A stretch of 6,876 nt of DNA from Amoeboradix gromovi X-113 (Eukaryota; Fungi; Sanchytriomycota). The notes below the pieces were generated by a model. The model was not told the origin of the DNA and searched no databases. It saw only the letters and a program-made list of their open reading frames with translations. Shown here piece after piece: positions 1 through 5,997 of the stretch. Both the position numbers and the translations under genes were made by a program. The stretch's first letter is position 1; each line of letters starts with the position of its first letter. The stretch is from contig JADGIF010000542.1 of NCBI GenBank assembly GCA_018985225.1, positions 1 to 6,876 on the forward strand, in the 5' to 3' direction.

Positions 1-75
1 TAATGATAGCATTTCCTGCGTATGGAGCACCTCCTTTAAAAACGAGTTAGTCTAGTTTTTATATTTGGTGTCCCA
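1..75 (+). mobile_element. Right end (3' region plus right TIR) of a second copy of the TIR/Fanzor-like element, truncated by the window edge
   Basis: 1-77 matches 1551-1624 with 3 substitutions and one 3-bp indel, and similarity stops right after GGTGTCCCAAA. The frame reads NDSISCVWSTSFKNELV* (stop 53-55), equivalent to the end of the Fanzor-like frame in the other copy. Confidence 0.8.
45..75. repeat. 31-bp TIR copy (right-end orientation)
   Basis: AGTTAGTCTAGTTTTTATATTTGGTGTCCCA, 29/31 identical to the reverse complement of 1018-1048. Confidence 0.9.
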
Positions 76-134
76 AAAGCGTTTCAGGATTTATCACAAA
101 ACACCCTCACTGAGGGAAAGTTGTAAAACAATAA

Positions 135-578
135 ATGTTGGCACTTTTCATTGTACTGAACGCTATCCCATTAAATGAAAAAATAAGTTGGGCAATTAGA
201 CAATCGCACGCACTAGGTTTAGCGCTGGGAGCCTGGGGTGGATATGCCTATTTTTTCCACAGAGATCCGATGACACTGAACTGTAATTTCAAAAACGGAT
301 CAAAGACTTCGATCTTCACAGTAAATCCGGTTTCTGGCTCGACTCAGATTATCAAAAGAGACAAATACGGGATAACATTCGAAATGACGTCTTCATATTG
401 GAAGGGTAACGTTGTCACAACTGTCACAGATCCAAAAGGTAAAGCTGTAGCTAAAAGCGAGACTCCTTACCAGAATAGCTTATTCGGCTATACGAGTAAT
501 CTAGTTAATGCGGATTTGTATGCTGGATCTGCTGACGGAAGTATTACATTAAACTGTGATGCCGTTACGTCTAAGTAA
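135..578 (+). CDS. Hypothetical 147-aa protein, probably secreted or membrane-anchored, with a beta-rich C-terminal part
   Basis: Intact ATG-TAA ORF with an A-rich start context (AATAAATG). Hydrophobic N-terminus MLALFIVLNA, a second hydrophobic stretch ALGLALGAWGGYAYFF, and only two Cys (LNCNF, LNCDA). No family recognised. Confidence 0.65.
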   Translation: MLALFIVLNAIPLNEKISWAIRQSHALGLALGAWGGYAYFFHRDPMTLNCNFKNGSKTSIFTVNPVSGSTQIIKRDKYGITFEMTSSYWKGNVVTTVTDPKGKAVAKSETPYQNSLFGYTSNLVNADLYAGSADGSITLNCDAVTSK

Positions 579-582
579 ATTT

Positions 583-967
583 GATTATTTTGAATCATTG
601 AACCGTTGGCTTTAACAAGAGCGTGCTGAGTCTGAAAAGGCATTTCAAATCTTTATCAGTTTGTCAATCAGCTCTCCGCACTTTGCAAATTTCACGCTAA
701 ACTTGCGGCTAAATTTTCAGGCGAACTAAGTGAAACATCTAAAGAACATGAAAAGCATATTAAAAAAGATAAAAAGGAATTGGTTTCTAATTCGGCTAAA
801 AAGCGGAAACTCAAAAAGTGCTATGAATTTGAACAAGGAAAATGGGAACGGGCAATAACTGTAAGTTTATTCATGAGGATTCGAAAAACATGAGTTGCTC
901 GGATTTGAATGGAGTAAATTGCAGTTATGGAGACATTTTTAACTGCGAGCTGTCAGTTGCAATCTAG
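583..967 (+). pseudogene. Decayed CCCH zinc-finger protein gene fragment
   Basis: Stop-free frame 636-890 (...SAKKRKLKKCYEFEQGKWER). A shift at ~850 continues GNNCKFIHED, giving C-x7-(C>W)-x5-C-x3-H. A second degenerate unit CSDLNGVNCSYGDIF follows at 896-940. Upstream, in another frame, DYFESLNRWL*QERAESEKAF (583-645). Confidence 0.55.
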
Positions 968-1017
968 GTAGCAGAATGTTAGACTTTTTTACCGGATTAC
1001 TTTTACGCGTATTCATC

Positions 1018-1048
1018 TGGGACATCAAATATAAAAACTGGACTAACT
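1018..1048. repeat. Left TIR (31 bp)
   Basis: Reverse complement AGTTAGTCCAGTTTTTATATTTGATGTCCCA matches 45-75 (29/31) and 1592-1622 (28/31). Confidence 0.9.
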
Positions 1049-1225
1049 TTCTGTAACAACTTGAACATTATTTCAGCTTTATTAATTTTATGGATTTAAG
1101 AGGCGAGTGGACATTCAGCTAGTTGCGGAGTTGACGAGTATAAAAGGAAAATAAATATTCTGTACAGCTATTCTCTTACTCTTTCATCCAATCTTTATTT
1201 CAAATAAAGTATCACTATTACTCTG

Positions 1226-1239
1226 TAAAAACTAGACTA
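1226..1239. repeat. Internal partial copy of the TIR core
   Basis: TAAAAACTAGACTA is the exact reverse complement of 48-61 and has the same orientation as the left TIR. Confidence 0.65.
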
Positions 1240-1266
1240 GCACTCTGAAATATTTCAAATAAACCT

Positions 1267-1294
1267 CTGATTCATAATACTGATTCATAGTACT
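1267..1294. repeat. 13-bp tandem duplication
   Basis: CTGATTCATAATA CTGATTCATAGTA CT, one mismatch between units. Confidence 0.75.
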
Positions 1295-1602
1295 AAGTTG
1301 TTGGAACAGTTAAAACGAAATTGAAACTCAGCAAGACAAGATTTAGGGAGACTGTCCATAGATTACACTTCAAAGAAATGTAGTGTCTGTGAGAATGAAA
1401 TAGATAAGAGTACTGTCTAAGAAAATGCACCTTCTGCTTAGATGCTCCAAGACCTCATATATTTGAACGAGATGCAGGGTCTTCTACTTTTATTTTGAAG
1501 AGGGGATTGAAAGTAATGAAAGAAAATTGGTATAATAGAAGATCTTTTATTAATGATAGCATTTCCTCCGTATGGTGCACCTTTAAAAACGAGTTAGTCT
1601 AG
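1292..1602 (+). pseudogene. C-terminal fragment of a TnpB/Fanzor-family nuclease (RuvC-II region, Zn finger, RuvC-III), frameshifted
   Basis: Frame 2 gives TKLLEQLKR (1292-1318) and DYTSKKCSVCENEIDK (1361-1408). Frame 1 gives LKLSKTRFRETVH (1321-1359) and EYCLRKCTFCLDAPRPHIFERDAGSSTFILKRGLKVMKENWYNRRSFINDSISSVWCTFKNELV* (1408-1602). Order and spacing match the TnpB/Fanzor signature ExYTSxxCxxC...CxxC...xRDxNAAxNI. Confidence 0.75.
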
Positions 1603-1640
1603 TTTTTGTATTTGGTGTCCCAAATTTGACCTCCAAAACT
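1500..1640 (+). ncRNA. Candidate omegaRNA locus (scaffold in the element right end plus flank-derived guide); boundaries approximate
   Basis: Positional inference only. TnpB/Fanzor guide RNAs come from the transposon right end and run into the flank. Here 1551-1624 is conserved between two copies and the sequence beyond it differs. Confidence 0.35.
1592..1622. repeat. Right TIR (31 bp)
   Basis: Inverted relative to 1018-1048 and a direct copy (30/31) of 45-75. Contains the TAG stop of the Fanzor-like frame. Confidence 0.9.
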
Positions 1641-1731
1641 CTCGTAATATGGTTAAATATTTGTATTCCATATAATGCTGCTTCCCGTAGCTGGATAGGC
1701 CACGGAACATGTAGAAATTATTTTTGACTAA

Positions 1732-2034
1732 GTCGCTAATTGCCGAATAGACAGCTTCCAATTGGAATTGAATAAACCGTTTATCATTCACTTCTCTTCG
1801 TTTATGAAAATATTCCATATCACCGCAGCTATAATATGTCAGATAAATAGTAATCACTAATAGATTTAGAGCGCAATCTTCTACGGGAGCTACCTATGTA
1901 TTTTCAAACCTGAAAACAGATTTCTTTATCATTTGTAAGACAATCAAGAGTTACATGATGTTCCACCACTTCCTAAAAAAATTATCTTAAATGCGAGACT
2001 TCTTGATATTAAATAAAACAGGGTCGTGAATTAA
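1732..2034 (+). pseudogene. Decayed leucine-rich-repeat protein gene
   Basis: Successive LxLxxNxLxxLP-like units across frames: VANCRIDSFQLEL (1732-1770), SLIDLERNLLRELP (1854-1895, canonical), *KQISLSF / DNQELHDVPPLP (1911-1974) and ARLLDIK*NRVVN (1993-2031). Several stops and frameshifts. Confidence 0.5.
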
Positions 2035-2296
2035 AGTCAGTGCTTTGTCTAGGGATTTTGCAAATCCAGGAAATATTAAGGCGAGTGGAAGTAGATCGAG
2101 ACCACATGGCAGCAATGAACGTAAATCAATACAAGTCCATTCATATTCAGTCCCGCCACAGTTGGTGGTCGCTCGCGTTTCCACTGTAATATGAATGGCA
2201 GTATAAGTTCCTCTAAAAAATCACGATTTTCTCACAATCAGGACTTTTGGTGATGGGCCAAATGGTCAAATTAGTTACAGTCGATATTTAAGAAGT

Positions 2297-3613
2297 TTAT
2301 TGTACTATAGGATTCCGAGTCTTCAAAGTCTCTAGCGCATCTATCATAGCTTTTTTTTCTATTGTATCGAAATGAAGCAGTTTACACCCAGTATTTCTCC
2401 AATTATCACCAGGAATAATCTTTTTCAAATATTTAACATTTTCTAATTGATCTTCCTCGATCAGCAACAAACTCTTGCCTTTATGCAATCCTCGGCTGGT
2501 TCTTCCGCAACGATGAACAAATTGCCGGATATTTGTGGCACACGAATATTGTATAACGATTTCAACGGGCAGGTCAATACCGCGGGCTACCAAATCAGAG
2601 CAGATTAGCGTTCCATATATTTTCTGTTCAAATTTTGCATAGATCTGTTTTCGCTGAATATCGGATAGATCGCCGTTAACATAAGTAATTTTATCAGCAT
2701 CCAATTTCACTTTCTGTTGAGCTATGATGATCTTAAGAAGAGAGGTTAATCGAATTGAAGATTCCACAGAGTTTGTGAAAATTAGAGTTTGCTGATTTTT
2801 ATTCTCCATCAAATAGGATAGAAGGTGTAAAGGTTTGTCCATTGGATTAGTCTCTATCACAAAATGATACATCTGAGGAAGATTATACGTGGTACCTGTT
2901 TTGTTTGTAATATATACTGGATCTATAGCCAGTAGCTTATGAGATGGCAGAGTAGCACTAACCAAAACAAGACGAAATTTATGCTTTTTAAGTGGCTTAG
3001 CTGCACATAAGCCGAGCCTAAAACGGATATGCTCATAACTATATCTTGGGAGTTTTGGCAACACACCGTCAAGCCAATCCCAACCGAAAAGTCTATCTGC
3101 TTCATCTACGATAAAGCTATATAGATTTTCAAGAGAAAGGCCATTTTCAATTTGTTGTAGCAGCCTGTTTGGAGTTGTTATAAATACATCAGCATTTGAT
3201 AGAGAAAGTAATTCCTTTTGAATATCGGATTTACCCGCAGTAACAATATTGAGATTAAACAATTCGAGTAGTTTGAATACCTGATAAACTAAGTCTTTCG
3301 ACGGTACAACAATAACGACTCTTAGCAAAGGAATTTTGCGATCTTTTAAAAGATGTAAGATTAAAAGAACATATGCAAGAGTCTTACCACTTCCTGTCAA
3401 AGTGTGCAAGTAGACATCATTTTCCAGGCCATGCTGCATGATTGCATTTTGAACCGGTAGCAATGCCTGGAACTGCGTTTTTAAAAGCAGATCCCTGCAG
3501 TATTTGGGTAGTTCAGCTGGAACTACTTCCTCTACATAAATAGGATTTTTCATCCATCTAGGATTCTTCTTAATTGTAACCTCTTTTGGCTCAATCATTT
3601 TAAACATTTCCAT
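2297..3613 (-). CDS. DBP6: DEAD-box RNA helicase, DBP6/DDX51-like (60S biogenesis)
   Basis: Q motif LLPVQ, I TGSGKTLAY, Ia VPSKDLVYQV, Ib TPNRL, II DEAD, III SAT, IV LIFTNS, V SDLVARGID, VI HRCGRTSR. The N-terminal PRWMKNP and DEADRL support the Dbp6/DDX51 subfamily. The family call is secure; the ortholog call is less so. Confidence 0.85.
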   Translation of the reverse strand: MEMFKMIEPKEVTIKKNPRWMKNPIYVEEVVPAELPKYCRDLLLKTQFQALLPVQNAIMQHGLENDVYLHTLTGSGKTLAYVLLILHLLKDRKIPLLRVVIVVPSKDLVYQVFKLLELFNLNIVTAGKSDIQKELLSLSNADVFITTPNRLLQQIENGLSLENLYSFIVDEADRLFGWDWLDGVLPKLPRYSYEHIRFRLGLCAAKPLKKHKFRLVLVSATLPSHKLLAIDPVYITNKTGTTYNLPQMYHFVIETNPMDKPLHLLSYLMENKNQQTLIFTNSVESSIRLTSLLKIIIAQQKVKLDADKITYVNGDLSDIQRKQIYAKFEQKIYGTLICSDLVARGIDLPVEIVIQYSCATNIRQFVHRCGRTSRGLHKGKSLLLIEEDQLENVKYLKKIIPGDNWRNTGCKLLHFDTIEKKAMIDALETLKTRNPIVQ

Positions 3614-3785
3614 GTTTGGTCCTTATCTTCCGAATGCACACGAATTAATGAAAACTGTCATGTGTGATTTTAACTATAGAGTGCCTTCGAAGTCTTGTGT
3701 GAAATACACGACTTTTTCCCATGACTTTTGATATTCGAGTCATGATTTGTTGATAATTTGGATTTTCAGATCGGCTGTTAATGAG

Positions 3786-3793
3786 ACACGTGT
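3786..3793. promoter_or_regulatory. E-box palindrome ACACGTGT in the 225-bp divergent promoter region (3614-3838)
   Basis: CACGTG at 3787-3792, 46 bp before the zinc-finger ATG. The same hexamer precedes RPS2. Confidence 0.4.
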
Positions 3794-3838
3794 TTTTTAA
3801 AAAAGGCTGATTTAAAACAGACCCCAGAATTAACGCGA

Positions 3839-4132
3839 ATGGACATCAAATTGCTACTGAATTATGACACTAGCTATGTAGAACAATGCCACTTATGCAA
3901 CAAGGTATTGCATAATAGACATGCAAAAAAAAGGCACATAGAGACTGTTCACACTTCTGCTGCAGAATGTCCATTCTGTACGAAGAACTTAAAAATAAGC
4001 GGTAGACCAGATCTATTAAAGCAGCATCTAGTAAGATGCGCTAAATTCAAGAAAGTGACCTTAGGCTCTAGTCCTTATAATTTAAAGGAGCAAGTAAGAT
4101 TAGTATATGCTCAAATAATAGGTGGTAAATAA
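3839..4132 (+). CDS. Small zinc-finger protein (one C2H2 plus one C2HC finger), probable transcription factor
   Basis: CHLC-x12-HIETVH and CPFC-x15-HLVRC. AATAAA at 4134-4139 right after the stop. Confidence 0.85.
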   Translation: MDIKLLLNYDTSYVEQCHLCNKVLHNRHAKKRHIETVHTSAAECPFCTKNLKISGRPDLLKQHLVRCAKFKKVTLGSSPYNLKEQVRLVYAQIIGGK

Positions 4133-4189
4133 CAATAAATTCAAGTTTCTATATTGTGTACGTTTTTTCTTTTTTAACTTGACCTTTAA

Positions 4190-5899
4190 ATGTCAAAAAC
4201 AGAAATTCATTCAATTCTTCTTGGATGTGCTTTCTTATCAAAACACATCAACAACGTTGACTGGCATTCGCAATTTGTAAAAGCCATGGAAATAGGTGAG
4301 CTCAGTGCACCTCTAAAAGAGTTGATATGTAATGATTTTTATTTGCAAATATTAAAATTTATTTTTCCATCGCAGTTTGATACTTCAAACTTTGTAGATA
4401 TACTTGTGAACAGCCAGATTATATCAAACGACTCTTGGTTGGTTGCCAATCTTCAAAACTTAATTTCTGAAAGACATTTGTTCCATTTCAAAATTCACTC
4501 CAACGTCATCGAAATGATTTCCAAACAGCTTTACAAAATAGAGGTCGATCAGTTTATTGCATCATTTCTCGCTCCATTTCCTGCATTCTTGTCACTGCAA
4601 GAGTTTCCATCAGATATTTCAGAGGCAATAAACCTGTTCTTATCCTTTGTTTTGAATAAAAGTGTAATTGACTTTGATTTATCCATTACTGATCTCCAGG
4701 ATGCCATCAGCTCATATTTAAACATTAGCGTTAAGATTCCATATTTTCAAGATTGCTGTTATCTCTCCAAAAGTGCCAAAACTATATTATCTTTAGTCGT
4801 TAGCGATATATTTTATGGTAGCCTAGTTAGCAGCAACGAAGATTTAGTCACTTCTTCTAGTTTGGAAAACCTGATCAATTTAGTCCCAAATATAAGTAGC
4901 ACTGATTATCAAGAAGAATTAAAAGAGCTAGACGATAAAATTGCGATAGAAGAGGCAGGTACAATAGGTGAAGCTCTGGATTCAGAACCAGTACTATATA
5001 AACCAACTTCCAATCCAGAATTAAGCGGACTAACTTTGATCAGATTTGATAAACTTAACAAATTATCTTTAATCCCTGTTCTTAGTTCAACCGCAACCAC
5101 ATCAAATAAGGAGAAAAGGCAGGATTCCAAGGCATCCATAAGTTCATCTGCCAGCCTATCATTGAGTCAGCAAGATGAGGAGTTCGACATTTTGGAGGAA
5201 TATCATAAACCCGAATATAAGAGACTTCCGCCTATTGTCATCAAAAGCCAACACTCGGATATTCTACCATGCGATTTTGATCAAATGTTAAGTGAGATTG
5301 ATAATCACATGAGAATTTTAGAGTTAAATTCACAGATGACTGGAAAAACAACTGATCATCTAGATTCCAACTCTAGTTCACTTGTGTTTATCGACATCGA
5401 CGGTAGCCCAAAGAATCACTCCACTTATTTGGAAGAAAGATCTACACGTCGTGGCAAATTATTACAAAAATTGAAAAAAGTCACAAATTTGCAACAGCAA
5501 ATGAAAAAGTCAGCCGTAATTGTGACTAAAGTATCGCTACCAAAGTTGAACACTAAAACACTGGTAAAAAATGCTATATACATGCTTCTAGCAGGTTCCA
5601 TGGCTGACGACACTCGATTTGGAGCTTTGCAAAGCCTGGAAAAGAGCAGGATGGATTACCATATTGTAAGTTTGAAGGACGACAAAAATCATTCCTACAA
5701 AGCATTGTACAGAGTTGAGAATAAAAATCTGATTAAAATTCACGGTAATGGACCGCATCAAGTAGAAATAGAACAGGTCTCACATTTTTATAAGTTTGAT
5801 TGTGGGGCTAAAAAATTCAGAGACATTTCACAATCAGCAAACACCAGTTCAAACGAATTTCATGCTAGCGTACATGGAATTGTGATTAATCGAAAATGA
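4190..5899 (+). CDS. CKK-domain protein (CAMSAP/Patronin-like microtubule-binding protein)
   Basis: The C-terminal ~115 aa (from ~5540) read NTKTLVKNAI..LLAG...YKALY...LIKIHGNGP...FYKFDCGAKKF...ASVHGIVI. This follows the CKK pattern SNxxIIxNAL..CLAG...FRxLY...KLxGxGP...YKYxSxxKxF...SVDAITI. It is preceded by a basic coiled-coil-like segment. Confidence 0.88.
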   Translation: MSKTEIHSILLGCAFLSKHINNVDWHSQFVKAMEIGELSAPLKELICNDFYLQILKFIFPSQFDTSNFVDILVNSQIISNDSWLVANLQNLISERHLFHFKIHSNVIEMISKQLYKIEVDQFIASFLAPFPAFLSLQEFPSDISEAINLFLSFVLNKSVIDFDLSITDLQDAISSYLNISVKIPYFQDCCYLSKSAKTILSLVVSDIFYGSLVSSNEDLVTSSSLENLINLVPNISSTDYQEELKELDDKIAIEEAGTIGEALDSEPVLYKPTSNPELSGLTLIRFDKLNKLSLIPVLSSTATTSNKEKRQDSKASISSSASLSLSQQDEEFDILEEYHKPEYKRLPPIVIKSQHSDILPCDFDQMLSEIDNHMRILELNSQMTGKTTDHLDSNSSSLVFIDIDGSPKNHSTYLEERSTRRGKLLQKLKKVTNLQQQMKKSAVIVTKVSLPKLNTKTLVKNAIYMLLAGSMADDTRFGALQSLEKSRMDYHIVSLKDDKNHSYKALYRVENKNLIKIHGNGPHQVEIEQVSHFYKFDCGAKKFRDISQSANTSSNEFHASVHGIVINRK

Positions 5900-5943
5900 A
5901 TAAAACATTTCCACATAATTTTGTTTCATATTTAATGCTTGTG

Positions 5944-5960
5944 ATTGGTTTAACCACGTG
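5944..5960. promoter_or_regulatory. Reverse CCAAT box plus E-box upstream of RPS2
   Basis: ATTGG at 5944-5948 and CACGTG at 5955-5960, within the 98-bp intergenic region. Confidence 0.35.
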
Positions 5961-5997
5961 TGAATGTATTTATGTCTAGTTGCAATTAACTCTTAGT

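Larger units (their letters stand above)
1018..1622 (+). mobile_element. Non-autonomous, internally deleted TIR DNA transposon carrying a TnpB/Fanzor-like remnant
   Basis: Ends TGGGACATCAAATATAAAAACTGGACTAACT (1018-1048) and AGTTAGTCTAGTTTTTGTATTTGGTGTCCCA (1592-1622) are inverted repeats (28/31). The right end is duplicated at 1-77 and the interior encodes Zn-finger/RuvC-III-like motifs. No clear TSD, and the exact termini are uncertain by 1-3 bp. Confidence 0.8.

Noticed and set aside
1-1624. Direct repeats 1-77 and 1551-1624 as LTRs or a CRISPR-like array
   Set aside because: No TG...CA ends, PBS or pol sequence, and only two widely spaced copies. They are explained as right ends of a TIR element.
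1594-1857. 87-aa minus-strand ORF as a real gene
   Set aside because: GTG start, runs into the right TIR, and is antisense to the LRR remnant.
583-2034. Stop-codon reassignment (UAR=Gln) as an explanation for the interrupted frames
   Set aside because: RPS2, the helicase and the zinc-finger gene end at TAA and have no internal stops. The broken frames also contain frameshifts, so they are decayed.
1309-2184. Minus-strand Merlin/IS1595-like transposase reading (CLAEFQFRFN at 1309-1338, FRGLSS...LREFWR in ORF 1594-1857, YEWTC in ORF 1987-2184; all in the same frame)
   Set aside because: No intact DDE motifs and the spacing is wrong. The same bases are better explained on the + strand by the Fanzor-like and LRR readings, and the reading would cross a TIR. 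A search with the DDE_Tnp_IS1595 profile would settle it.
1987-2184. 65-aa minus-strand ORF
   Set aside because: GTG start, short, no recognisable domain.
2923-3105. 60-aa ORF nested in the helicase gene
   Set aside because: Alternative frame inside a well-supported CDS.
3720-3744. CATGACT-N11-AGTCATG inverted repeat in the divergent promoter
   Set aside because: Only 7-bp arms, so it could be chance; no further support.
4909-5613. Antisense ORFs 4909-5139 and 5425-5613
   Set aside because: Shadow ORFs opposite the CKK gene.
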